In this document: positions 37,887-48,355 of the stretch, in pieces
Layout of the letters: every line of letters starts with the position of its first letter
Numbering within the stretch: position 1 is the stretch's first letter
Origin: Candidatus Bathyarchaeota archaeon
GTDB taxonomy: Archaea > Thermoproteota > Bathyarchaeia > Bathyarchaeales > Bathycorpusculaceae
Direction: 5' to 3'
Length of the DNA stretch: 64,000 nucleotides
NCBI GenBank assembly: GCA_963828195.1
Contig: CAWHDT010000009.1
Coordinates: forward strand, 32,001 to 96,000
Notes under the pieces: model-generated
The model's input: only the letters and a program-made list of their open reading frames with translations
Told to the model about the DNA's origin: nothing
The model's database searches: none
Translations under genes and position numbers: made by a program

Positions 37887-38042
37887 TTATAATAGTTTGC
37901 GTCCACGAAGCAGTCTAAGTACCACTAGAATTATAACGACAACAATCAAAAGGTCAACCAATCCACCAATTGTGAAAAAGCCAACAAGCCAAAGGACAAA
38001 TAAAACCATCGCGAGGAGTATTATTAAATCATCATTTTTCAT
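37887..38042 (-). CDS. 51-aa lmo0937/DUF5670-like membrane protein
   Basis: MKNDDLIILLAMVLFVLWLVGFFTIGGLVDLLIVVVIILVVLRLLRGRKLL (LWLxG..GG....L..GR pattern); not in ORF track. Confidence 0.75.
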   Translation of the reverse strand: MKNDDLIILLAMVLFVLWLVGFFTIGGLVDLLIVVVIILVVLRLLRGRKLL

Positions 38043-38089
38043 AAACTACTTCAACATCTTTTAAGGTATGAAAACTCTATTTAAATGTC

Positions 38090-38113
38090 TGTGAATGTGA
38101 AGTCCCAGCAACA
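38090..38113 (-). promoter_or_regulatory. 24-bp dyad regulon site
   Basis: TGTTGCTG-N8-CATTCACA-gacat-TTAAAT. Confidence 0.75.
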
Positions 38114-38328
38114 GTTAAGTTAGCTTTCTAATGCTTTTTTAAAATCATATTGTTTCCGGGCATTGTGAAGAATTAAGCTATTCGTGAATATAATTCCAAT
38201 CATAGAACTAATGAAATCTTGCGATAAATGAACCTGCTATTTATTTGAAAATTTTCTTTATCCATTGTAATTTAATAAAAAAAATGATTTGCAATAGCCA
38301 ACTAAGGCATTTATTGCAAATACTCAAA

Positions 38329-38619
38329 CTAAGTCTTAACTACTGGTCTTAGATACATGTGGAGCTGATCTTTTGAAACTTTCAGTTGTAATCCTTTGTC
38401 TGTCCAGCGTGCAATTCCTTTCTCTAGGGATGAAACGGCCAGCATGTTTCGTACTCCGCCTTTCTTTGCGCCAAGTACTGATTCAGCTATGTTCTTTTCT
38501 AATTCGATTTCAAGATGAGTTACTTTCCAATCTTCTGGGTCTATTCCTAATTCTTTGACTTTGCCAATTTTCAACTCTTCAGCAAAAACATCTTTATCTA
38601 AAAAATCTTTACTATTCAT
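38329..38619 (-). CDS. PRC-barrel domain protein
   Basis: FLDKDV...KIGKV.EL.ID..DWKVTHL.I; GAGG RBS. Confidence 0.8.
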   Translation of the reverse strand: MNSKDFLDKDVFAEELKIGKVKELGIDPEDWKVTHLEIELEKNIAESVLGAKKGGVRNMLAVSSLEKGIARWTDKGLQLKVSKDQLHMYLRPVVKT

Positions 38620-38688
38620 ACAATCTAACCTCCTCTACGCTTATAATTTTGAATACTTTATAAAGGGTCATTGGAAGAGTTAAGCGCT

Positions 38689-38712
38689 TGTGAATGTGAC
38701 CCTACACCGACA
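38689..38712 (-). promoter_or_regulatory. 24-bp dyad regulon site
   Basis: TGTCGGTG-N8-CATTCACA-agcgc-TTAACT. Confidence 0.6.
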
Positions 38713-38761
38713 CGGCTTTAAAGAATTTGAAACATAAATCCCATGAAAATGAATCTCTTAA

Positions 38762-39577
38762 TTATTCTTCAGCTTTTTTCCAATCAGATTCAAAACTAGT
38801 TCGAAGTACTCCGATAAGGTTGCAGTTATTTGTCCAAAGGGAGGGGCTTTCGCCTAATCCGCTTTCTTTGGAGGTGGTAATTAATGCTTCTTTATCGTCA
38901 GACATTATAAAGTGATTTAGAGGGTCACGATGAAACTTGACATGAACTGAGGCGGTACCGATGAGTTTTTTCACTTTCTCCTTAAGTAAAACATCTGGTT
39001 TTTCGCCTTCAAAAAGCAATCGAATCATAGCTCCCTGCTTTATCGCCAATTTGTATTCATCGGAAAATTGAAACAAAACAGGCATAATCCTTCCCTTGTC
39101 CGCTATTAACGCGACTTCTTTTTTAGAGTTCCTAATCAAATCTGCAGTTTTAGCAAAAATTGATTTCTTTTCCCCTATCAGTATGTAGGTGCTTTCTTCT
39201 TTGGGAAGTGTTTGCTTCCAGTCTTTAAGGGTCAGTTTTTGAACTATTCCCCTCATACCCACAAGTCGCTCATCAGATTTGCCTTTTTCTTCGGATACCA
39301 AGAGGCTTAAAGCATCTGAAATGAGGGTAGCCCTGATCTCAATTGGTTTGCCCAATAATCTTTCAATCAGGCCCATTTTTTCGAGTGACGGCAGAATTCT
39401 GTAGACATCTTCTCTGCGCACTTTTGAAAAGTTTGCTACTTGTCCTACCGTAGTTTTTTCGAGTTTAAGTATTGCTAAGTAAACCTTTGCCTGGTTAAGA
39501 GTTAAACCCAAACCAAGCAGCAAGTCAGTGTTTTCATCGTTCGTCATTCTATCAATTAACATTTTGTATCCTTGCAT
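38762..39577 (-). CDS. TrmB-family transcriptional regulator
   Basis: LGLTLNQAKVYLAIL..VRREDVYRILPSLEKMGLI wHTH; C-terminal FIMSDDKEALI..SLWTN..F...W effector domain. Confidence 0.88.
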   Translation of the reverse strand: MQGYKMLIDRMTNDENTDLLLGLGLTLNQAKVYLAILKLEKTTVGQVANFSKVRREDVYRILPSLEKMGLIERLLGKPIEIRATLISDALSLLVSEEKGKSDERLVGMRGIVQKLTLKDWKQTLPKEESTYILIGEKKSIFAKTADLIRNSKKEVALIADKGRIMPVLFQFSDEYKLAIKQGAMIRLLFEGEKPDVLLKEKVKKLIGTASVHVKFHRDPLNHFIMSDDKEALITTSKESGLGESPSLWTNNCNLIGVLRTSFESDWKKAEE

Positions 39578-39762
39578 ATTTATGTTTTTAATTTCTTTTG
39601 AAGCTAAAAAAGGGATTACAAAAAAGGATCCCGCAAACGTATTCGAATATGGCGCCTACAGTCAGATCGTGATTAGCTTTATTTTAATAAAATACAAACC
39701 TGCATCTAAAAAAAGTATTAACAGCAAAAAAAGATTTCTAGCGATCGCTAGCTTGCTGGTGG

Positions 39763-40179
39763 CTATTTGGGTACGTTGGGAACAGTCGCATATCCAGTTG
39801 AAAATGGCGATTGGAATTTGCCAATATTTTCTCTGATGATGCCGTATCCCTTTTCTGCAAGATCATTTGGTAAGTTATCCAAATCCAGATGTTCGCCTTC
39901 TTGCTGCTTTCCCTGATTTTCTAACCCGTGCTTAACCGTGAGTTTGATGGTTGAACGTTTTATTCCTTTTTCTAACGTTACATTCGTTATATCTCTATAA
40001 CTGTAATCAGTGTAATCTTTCTTTAAGCCAAGTGCGTGGGGATGCCGAAAAATTATTCGTTCATTCGTTATGATTATTGATTCAATGTTAATTCGAGGAT
40101 GATAGATTTTTTCCTCAATGTACAGCTCAACTTTTTCGTTAGAGCCAAGTATATTCTTTATGTCTTCTGGAGTTGTCAT
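39763..40179 (-). CDS. Bacterial PH (bPH) domain protein, paralog 2
   Basis: Strongly similar to 35201-35629, including the upstream promoter. Confidence 0.8.
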   Translation of the reverse strand: MTTPEDIKNILGSNEKVELYIEEKIYHPRINIESIIITNERIIFRHPHALGLKKDYTDYSYRDITNVTLEKGIKRSTIKLTVKHGLENQGKQQEGEHLDLDNLPNDLAEKGYGIIRENIGKFQSPFSTGYATVPNVPK

Positions 40180-40231
40180 AATAATCAACCAATTTACTTG
40201 TAGTAATATCACTTATTTCGATAAATAGCTG

Positions 40232-40255
40232 TGTGACTGGGGAGCCACATAGACA
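40232..40255 (-). promoter_or_regulatory. 24-bp dyad regulon site
   Basis: TGTCTATG-N8-CAGTCACA-cagct-ATTTAT. Confidence 0.65.
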
Positions 40256-40327
40256 AGAGAGTTACTTCTTGCTTTTCAGAATCTCTTTAGAGAGACTTCT
40301 TCAAAACCCGTAAGAGGAATGTTTAGT

Positions 40328-40654
40328 TTATCCCAATACGAAGCCGATGATTACTCCTACTATGAATCCAATGCTTAACGGTAGGATGCCTATGATGAGT
40401 GCTCCATACTGATAGACGATTGAGCCGTATTGTGTTGCGTAGTTTTTCAACACGTTAAGACTTAAACCGAAAAAGCCAAAGTAGGCAACCACAAAGAGTA
40501 TGATTGCAGCTATGATAGCAATTTTTAGAAATAAATGGATTAGAAAGCCAACAATCAATCCAACAACAAATATTATTATCATTAATATAATTGGTGACAA
40601 ACCGCCTATGCTTCCAGACGTAATGAAATGAAATACTTGACCTAACGCGTCCAA
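40328..40654 (-). CDS. Small membrane protein (FUN14-like pattern)
   Basis: GLIVGF...LK and C-terminal LP..GF..G...GF. Confidence 0.65.
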   Translation of the reverse strand: MDALGQVFHFITSGSIGGLSPIILMIIIFVVGLIVGFLIHLFLKIAIIAAIILFVVAYFGFFGLSLNVLKNYATQYGSIVYQYGALIIGILPLSIGFIVGVIIGFVLG

Positions 40655-40706
40655 AGTCTACAACTCCTCAACAAACGATAGAAGCATAAAAGGGCTTTTA
40701 AGCTTG

Positions 40707-40730
40707 TGTGGCTGTTTGCCACCAGCAACA
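40707..40730 (-). promoter_or_regulatory. 24-bp dyad regulon site (near-consensus)
   Basis: TGTTGCTG-N8-CAGCCACA-caagc-TTAAAA. Confidence 0.75.
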
Positions 40731-40922
40731 GGATGTCTGCTGCTATATTCAAACCCAACATTGTGGGATTATAAAGGAAGAGCGCTTATAAAGTAAAAGA
40801 GTGCTGACAAAAGGAAGGCACTAGTAAAACATAATGTAAATCGAAAAGATAAACAATCCTTTCTAAAAAACAGACTCAAAGAAGTTACAAGAAAAAAAGA
40901 TTTTTTCGATTTTTGGTCTCGC

Positions 40923-41252
40923 CTATTTTGGCTGCGACTTAACGAATATTGATAGTAATCCCAGAAGGGCTCCGAGAATAACTAAAACTCCTCCTATTCC
41001 GCCTGAAACAATTCCAAGCACTAATAGCACTATCGCCCATGGTAAAGTTCCAACAGACTTTGACCCAATTATGCAGATCGCCCCAATTACTATTGCTACT
41101 ATGCTGTACATTACTCCAGTCAAGTAGTGGCCAGCCGGCGAGAAAACGCTACCGAAAGAAGACCCTATAAGGCCAAACAAGCCAAAGACGATTATGAGTA
41201 TTCCACCTATCAACGCAAGGATATATCCCCAATACGCAAAATTATTCTTCAT
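40923..41252 (-). CDS. Gly-rich small membrane protein
   Basis: GAGGTG RBS; 3-4 TMs. Confidence 0.75.
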   Translation of the reverse strand: MKNNFAYWGYILALIGGILIIVFGLFGLIGSSFGSVFSPAGHYLTGVMYSIVAIVIGAICIIGSKSVGTLPWAIVLLVLGIVSGGIGGVLVILGALLGLLSIFVKSQPK

Positions 41253-41336
41253 TTTTTAGTTCACCTCTGCAGAAATTTGTTTAGCATCCTAACTGATTAT
41301 TTGAAATAATTTCGCGTGAAAAAATTCACGCTCATT

Positions 41337-41759
41337 TTAGATGTGGGGGAAGAATGTTCCCGGAACCACTATACCAAAGAGGGCCCCAAATATTATGCTA
41401 ACTACGACGAAGATTATCCACGCCAATATGGCTACTGCGATGGCTCCCAGCCAGCCAGTTCTAAAGCTTGCTTTGTAGACCCATATCCACGTTATGAGAG
41501 CTAAAATTAATGCGATTACATAAGCCGTTGAGCCAATTAGCGACCCCAGAAAGTAACCCACTATAATCAATGTGACAGCATAAACTATTGGGCCAAACAA
41601 TGTGGCAAGCATGGCTTCGCCGAAGGTGGCTTTTCCGCCAGTTACTGCTTTGCCGGCTAACCATACGGGTATTGAAACTACAACCCAAAGAATAATCAAA
41701 CCAATTATCGTTACAAGAAGACTCATTAAACTAATATTTCCAATAATAAGATTGCTCAA
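41337..41759 (-). CDS. Four-TM membrane protein
   Basis: AGGTG RBS; hydrophobic throughout. Confidence 0.75.
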   Translation of the reverse strand: MSNLIIGNISLMSLLVTIIGLIILWVVVSIPVWLAGKAVTGGKATFGEAMLATLFGPIVYAVTLIIVGYFLGSLIGSTAYVIALILALITWIWVYKASFRTGWLGAIAVAILAWIIFVVVSIIFGALFGIVVPGTFFPHI

Positions 41760-41808
41760 AGGCTACACCTGTTAAGTTACTTAGGGGTGTGGATAAGTAT
41801 TAAGTCTG

Positions 41809-41832
41809 TGTGGCTGTAGCCCCCCATCAACA
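41809..41832 (-). promoter_or_regulatory. 24-bp dyad regulon site
   Basis: TGTTGATG-N8-CAGCCACA-cagac-TTAATA. Confidence 0.72.
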
Positions 41833-41953
41833 AAGCGGTATGTTGTTTGAAAAAACCATAGTTCCGACCTAGAGCGCAAAACTGCACGATTAAGTGGGAC
41901 AGTGGAGCTTGATACTTAAGCCATCTGCAAACAAAAACCCCGTCATGCCCTGA

Positions 41954-41977
41954 TGTTGCCGTTACTTTGTAATCACA
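41954..41977 (+). promoter_or_regulatory. 24-bp dyad regulon site (divergent partner of 41809)
   Basis: TGTTGCCG-N8-TAATCACA-cacgc-TTAAGT. Confidence 0.65.
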
Positions 41978-42023
41978 CACGCTTAAGTTTGTAAATGACG
42001 ACCTATCGGTAGAGGTGAATGCA

Positions 42024-42161
42024 ATGGCAGGAGCGAAGAGAAAAGTTGAAAATGCCGCGGAAGAAACTGGAGAGGCAGTTGGCAAAGGCATCAAAAAGGG
42101 TGCTAAAGCTGTGGATGATTTTGGAAAGGGTCTAAAGAAGGAACTCAAGAAAAAAGACTAA
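42024..42161 (+). CDS. 45-aa LEA/CsbD-like hydrophilic protein
   Basis: GAGGTGA RBS; MAGAKRKVENAAEETGEAVGKGIKKGAKAVDDFGKGLKKELKKKD; not in ORF track. Confidence 0.75.
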   Translation: MAGAKRKVENAAEETGEAVGKGIKKGAKAVDDFGKGLKKELKKKD

Positions 42162-42255
42162 AATAAGCAAATTCCCTTTTCACAAACAAAAAAGAAAAGT
42201 ACTTGTTTTTATTTATTGACTCATAGAATTCAAACTGTTCTTGGATTGAAATTTT

Positions 42256-43257
42256 TTGGAAAACCATGAATATAACTTTCAGGAAACATTCAGGTTAGCC
42301 CTTAGACTGTATCGTGGTTTTCTCTTAAACTCACTGGGCATAAAAGCTCCAATGATAAGTGGACACAAATTAACTTATAACTGCAACCTTAAATGTAAAA
42401 TGTGTCCGTTCTGGAAACGATCCAACGAAAATTTAAGCACCCAAAAAGAAAAAGAAATTCTAAAGCAAATTTACGATTCAGGCGTTTGCGCAGTGGGGTT
42501 TGAAGGCGGAGAGCCGCTTTTAAGAAAAGACTTGCCTGAAATTTTAGCGTATTCTCGCTCTCTGCCTCTACATACAAGTCTTATCACCAATGGAACGCTG
42601 CTCAAATCAAGGATAGATGAGATCGCACCATACATCAACGGCATTCTGTTTGTTTCGCTGGATGGTCTGGAGAAAACTCATGACGCCATAAGAGGGGTTA
42701 ATGGCTGCTTCAAAAATGCGGTGCAGGGCATAAATGCTGCTAAGAGGAAGGTTTCTGTAACAATTAATACGACTATTATGGCTGAAAACCTCGATGACGT
42801 GGAAGATACGGTGAAGTTGGCTAAGGATTTGGGTGTGAGAATAGTTTTGTCAGCTTCTCATGAGTACCATGATGTCGAATCTTCTGCGCCTGAAGCCGTT
42901 GGAATCAAGAAGCTTGCAAACCAGCTTATTGAATTAAAAAAACAAGGCTACCCAATCATGAATTCAATTAATTACTTTAAAGTACTAGCTAAAGAGAAAA
43001 GCTGGCAGTGCAAACCATGGGCAATAGTAAACATTGATCCAAACGGACAAGCCGTCTTGCCGTGCTATGTTCACAATGATTACGCAAGCAGCATACCTAT
43101 TTCTGGAACTGGCATAAAAAACGCTGTTAATCAATTTGACTGGAAAAAAATCGAAAACTGCCAAAAATGCGGTCTGCATTGTTATGTTGAGCCTTCTTTG
43201 GTGCTTTCATGGGATTTTAGAGCGTACATGCATTGGGGTCTTCATGTTAACGTCTAA
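42256..43257 (+). CDS. Radical SAM protein with Twitch/SPASM-type C-terminus (PTO1314-like)
   Basis: CNLKCKMC, GGEP, TNG, VSLDG, C.PW..PC..CQKC..HCYVEPS. Confidence 0.88.
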   Translation: MENHEYNFQETFRLALRLYRGFLLNSLGIKAPMISGHKLTYNCNLKCKMCPFWKRSNENLSTQKEKEILKQIYDSGVCAVGFEGGEPLLRKDLPEILAYSRSLPLHTSLITNGTLLKSRIDEIAPYINGILFVSLDGLEKTHDAIRGVNGCFKNAVQGINAAKRKVSVTINTTIMAENLDDVEDTVKLAKDLGVRIVLSASHEYHDVESSAPEAVGIKKLANQLIELKKQGYPIMNSINYFKVLAKEKSWQCKPWAIVNIDPNGQAVLPCYVHNDYASSIPISGTGIKNAVNQFDWKKIENCQKCGLHCYVEPSLVLSWDFRAYMHWGLHVNV

Positions 43258-43321
43258 ACTTAGGCAATTGGGAATCTGAGCCAAAACTCGAAGACCAATT
43301 TTGCGGTAAAACTTAAATTTT

Positions 43322-43345
43322 CATGGTTGGTTCGATACAGTCACA
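43322..43345 (+). promoter_or_regulatory. 24-bp dyad regulon site (degenerate left half)
   Basis: CATGGTTG-N8-CAGTCACA-tagtc-TTATGT. Confidence 0.55.
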
Positions 43346-43399
43346 TAGTCTTATGTGTTATTTCGTTTTCTCTTTTTGTTTCTCCTAGTGTGGAGGTGA

Positions 43400-43573
43400 A
43401 TGTTTTTGTCAAAGAATACGCGTCCCGAAAATATGGAGCCCAAAATGACTTCCGACGGCAAATACCTCTGTGAAGCGGACAACAAAAAATTCAGCACAAA
43501 AGAAGACTACACTAAGCATTGCTCAGAAGCCCACACGAAAAGCAGAGAAAATAAAGCAAATGAAGAGTGGTAG
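43400..43573 (+). CDS. 57-aa variant C2H2-like zinc-finger protein, copy 2
   Basis: GGAGGTG RBS; MFLSKNTRPENMEPKMTSDGKYLCEADNKKFSTKEDYTKHCSEAHTKSRENKANEEW; T8 run after. Confidence 0.7.
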   Translation: MFLSKNTRPENMEPKMTSDGKYLCEADNKKFSTKEDYTKHCSEAHTKSRENKANEEW

Positions 43574-43699
43574 TCGTTAAATGCAACAAAGACGATTACC
43601 CCTTTTTTTTCGGGTGCCGCGGAAAAAAATTAGGACATGAATAAACCAGCTATTATGGTCTCTGGTTCACGCGATAATGTTTATTTTAATGTTAAAGAA

Positions 43700-44009
43700 A
43701 TGTTTATATCGGATAATGGTGCTTCTGATAGAATTCAGCTATAATTGCTAGCCCCGCAATTTTCACATGGCGGCGGCTCAACCCCTACCGAAACGGCGTT
43801 TGCCTTGCAGGAATGACGGAGTTGGCCTCCAATTGCGGGGACACGAATGTGGACCTGACTAATTGCTCAGTTAGGTCTGAATTGGGCTTTGACGTATTGA
43901 GTGGAATGTTTTTCCCTCCAAATCCAGTTAGGCACAAATCGTGCGAATAAGTGTACGAACGTACCACACAAAAAACTAAAGATCCGCAGATTCAATTTGG
44001 AGTGTCACA
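43700..44009 (+). other. 16S rRNA promoter and structured 5' external spacer with processing-stem arm
   Basis: TTTATA at ~43703; CCCCGCAATT/AATTGCGGGG stem; TCCAGTTAGGCAC (43923) pairs with GTGCTTAACTGGA (45523). Confidence 0.7.
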
Positions 44010-45504
<1,495 letters not shown>

Positions 45505-45986
45505 AAGAAAAAAGCATGAAGAGTGCTTAACTGGAGGAGCAAGGAAAGCATGGAAACCCACAAAGATACGTCAAAGCCCAATAAAACATTAGCAATATAG
45601 CGAATGGGTTTTATTTTCTTATTTTTTGTAAATTAGTGATTGAGTGTGATTTCATTCAATCGATGTTTTGGTGCCATAAATAAATTTGAGGCTTACGTTA
45701 TGTCAGGTGCTTACGTTTTGCCAGAATTTGGATTTGCACGACCGTGCTCGATTGGAGGAGTGTGGGAAGCTAAGCGCTCTACCTTGGTAGTTCACCGACG
45801 GAGAGCAGAACATCGCTTACTTGAAGCCTTATACAGCGAAAAAGCGTAACTTCTGTTTATAGCCCGGTTCGTTTGGTTTCTTTTGTGTTGTCGAAGTGTG
45901 GGTCGTCCGAGATTTTTTTTGCTTGGTTTCTTATGGCTGCATCGAGAAAAGGTTTGGATACGCTAACTAATGGCTAATTTTGTTAT

Positions 45987-46268
45987 TACGTCTTGTCTAA
46001 ACCAGTGTCTAACTTAACGTTTGTTTCTAAAAGATTTTTCAGTTTCGGATTGTCCGGAAACACCCAAATGATTCGCTTGTTGGATATTACAATCTTGTTT
46101 GAGCTTTCTATGTAAGTGAGTATTCGCACGAATGTTTGGTACTGTATTTTTCTGGGCAGGCTTTTGAGTAGTTCTTTTTTGTTGGGTATTCGCCGCAGTC
46201 TTTTTGGCTTTTTCCACCATTAAAATTGTGTCTAATCGAGGTTCATGCTCGTAATTCAATTGGTTCAT
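45987..46268 (-). pseudogene. Frameshifted small archaeal hypothetical (wHTH-like) protein
   Basis: HEPRLDTILMVEKA; two 1-nt shifts in A-runs restore EYPTKKELLKSLPRKIQYQTF.RIL.YIESSNKI. Confidence 0.6.
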
Positions 46269-46338
46269 GTATGCTCTGCCTAAAACCTATTGAGGGAATT
46301 TAAGTACGTAAGTTTGTGTAGTTTTAGCTTGAATCAAG

Positions 46339-46477
46339 TTAAGAGGCAAGCTTGAAAACGATTGTTTGGTTAACTATTTCTGCTGTTAGAATGTCTCCTA
46401 CTTTTATCCCTAGCTTCTTTTCTGACTTCCGCAGGAATCGTTACCAGTCCCAGTTTACCCACTCTGACTGTTGTCAT
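46339..46477 (-). pseudogene. AbrB/MazE-like DNA-binding protein with +1 frameshift
   Basis: MTTVRVGKLGLVTIPAEVRK/KLGIKVGDIL..EI....IVF. Confidence 0.65.
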
Positions 46478-46577
46478 ATCATCGTTAACTAATAAGGGCG
46501 GCACCGAATAAGACATTATCTCAAAATTTGGGGAAAAAAGAATATCTGCCTTCTTTTAATTATAACAGGGGACCTGC

Positions 46578-46829
46578 ATGTCAATTGAGGTTGGTAAATC
46601 CGGGCGCATCATTCTTCCGAAAAGAATCCGCAAAAAGTACGGCGTTCAAGAAGGTTCCAGGCTAATCATCACCGAATCTATTGGTCGCATTTGTCTTGTT
46701 CCAGTTAAAACTTACGAGAAGCCGACTGAAGCTTTGTATGGCAGCTTGAAAACAGACAAGCCTATTGGCAAACCAAAGAGTTTTGCCAGAGGTCACATTC
46801 GAAAGAAACTGCCTGAGGAAACCTCGTAA
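46578..46829 (+). CDS. AbrB/MazE-family antitoxin-like protein
   Basis: VGKSGRIILPKRIRKKYGVQEGSRL..LYGSLK. Confidence 0.85.
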   Translation: MSIEVGKSGRIILPKRIRKKYGVQEGSRLIITESIGRICLVPVKTYEKPTEALYGSLKTDKPIGKPKSFARGHIRKKLPEETS

Positions 46830-46949
46830 TCCTTCGGGCCTACTGACATCTTCATCTACGCTCTGATAAAACAAAAGGTACCACAAAACAGACAGATTCA
46901 GCCGCCGTAAAGATAATTTACTTAGATAACGTTTTGATTAAAAGTGTCT

Positions 46950-47042
46950 TTATACAGTGTTGTATTATACAGTGGTGTATAATTTTTAACGCTTTCGTAC
47001 GGAAAGTATTATACATTGGTGTATTATACACTTGTGTATAAA
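46950..47042. promoter_or_regulatory. Operator array: two pairs of interlocking TATACA-N4-TGTAT dyads
   Basis: TATACAgtgtTGTATTATACAgtggTGTATA and TATACAttggTGTATTATACActtgTGTATA, immediately before the ATPase start. Confidence 0.7.
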
Positions 47043-47057
47043 GCGAGGCGTTTATTG

Positions 47058-48197
47058 ATGAATCCTTTCAAGTATGGCGGAGTTGTCTCTGGCAGGGATT
47101 TCGCCGATAGAAAAAGTGAACTGGCACAAATGGTTAGAGAACTGTCAAGTGGACAAAAAATACTTCTTTACTCGCCCAGACGATACGGCAAAAGTTCATT
47201 GGCGGTTGCAGTTTTGGCTCAGCTGCAGAAGGAGGGATTCATGACGGCTTTTATTGATTTGTATGGGTGCGTCTCTGAAGCCGATTTGGCGAACAAGTTG
47301 ATAGAGAAAACGGTTATTCCAGCTTATGATACGACCGATAAAGTTGTAAACTTTTTCAAGTCAGCTTTTTCAGGCGTTAGACCTGAACTAACCATAGGCA
47401 CTGACGGAAGCATTAAAGTAAGCATTAGCCGGGAGCCACAGACTTTAGGTGAAAAGGAACTTTCCGAGGTGCTGGATACGCCTGAGAAGTTGGCTAAGGC
47501 AAAGGGAAAATGTTTAGTCGTTGTTTTTGACGAGTTTCAAGAGATTATGGAGCTCGATGGGGTTCGGCTGGAGAAGTTGATGAGGGCAAGTTTTCAGCAC
47601 CACAAGTCAGTGACCTATGTCTTCATGGGCAGTAAGAGACACATAATCGATCAGATGTTTGAGAATTTAAACGCACCATTTTATAAGTTTGCAAAACCTT
47701 TCCCACTAGAAAAAATTCCAATCGCAGAGTTCAAGAGTTTTATTCTTAAGAGGTTCAATGAGGAGCACGTAAGAATTGATTCATCCATCGTAGACTCCGT
47801 TCTTGCATTTACAGATGGGCATCCCTATTTTACACAGCAGTTATGCCATGAACTATGGAATATGGCGTGCGAGAAGGGCAAGGTGGAAGAAGCAGACTTA
47901 AGAAAAGCCGTTGAAAGCATCTTGAACTTGTATAATGACCTGTATCTGCGAATGTGGGATTCGATGACGCTGCCCCAAAGAAGATTAGTGATAGCACTAA
48001 GTTCAGAGAGCGCAGTTTCGTCAATTTACTCATTGCCCTGGATAAAGAAAAATGGGCTCCAATCAGCATCCCAAGTGAAGAGAGCAATGGACCAGTTGGC
48101 GAAAAACGGGACGGTTGAAAAGATAAGCTGCAACTATTTCTTATCGGATGTATTTTTTAGAGAATGGGTAAAAGTCAAGATTGGAAAGAGTTCCTGA
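47058..48197 (+). CDS. Archaeal P-loop ATPase (ATPase_2/STAND-like) with C-terminal wHTH
   Basis: MNPF.YG..F.DR..EL, SPRRYGKSS, VVFDEFQ, GHPYFTQ, D.FF.EW. Confidence 0.88.
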   Translation: MNPFKYGGVVSGRDFADRKSELAQMVRELSSGQKILLYSPRRYGKSSLAVAVLAQLQKEGFMTAFIDLYGCVSEADLANKLIEKTVIPAYDTTDKVVNFFKSAFSGVRPELTIGTDGSIKVSISREPQTLGEKELSEVLDTPEKLAKAKGKCLVVVFDEFQEIMELDGVRLEKLMRASFQHHKSVTYVFMGSKRHIIDQMFENLNAPFYKFAKPFPLEKIPIAEFKSFILKRFNEEHVRIDSSIVDSVLAFTDGHPYFTQQLCHELWNMACEKGKVEEADLRKAVESILNLYNDLYLRMWDSMTLPQRRLVIALSSESAVSSIYSLPWIKKNGLQSASQVKRAMDQLAKNGTVEKISCNYFLSDVFFREWVKVKIGKSS

Positions 48198-48355
48198 TTT
48201 ACCTCAAGAGGTCACTTTTGAGGTTCTCAGTAAGTTAAAAGAAAGCGGCTTTATGTCGGCATCTATTTGGATCCTGTAGATGCCCCAAACATGCCTCTTG
48301 AATCGAAACAGCGCTTTTTCCCAAAGGCGCCTGACTGCAATGGCTTTGATTTAAG

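Noticed and set aside
45763-45783. Reverse complement GGTAGAGCGCTTAGCTTCCCA resembling a tRNA D-arm/anticodon fragment (possible att site)
   Set aside because: Only 21 nt, no cloverleaf and no partner site seen
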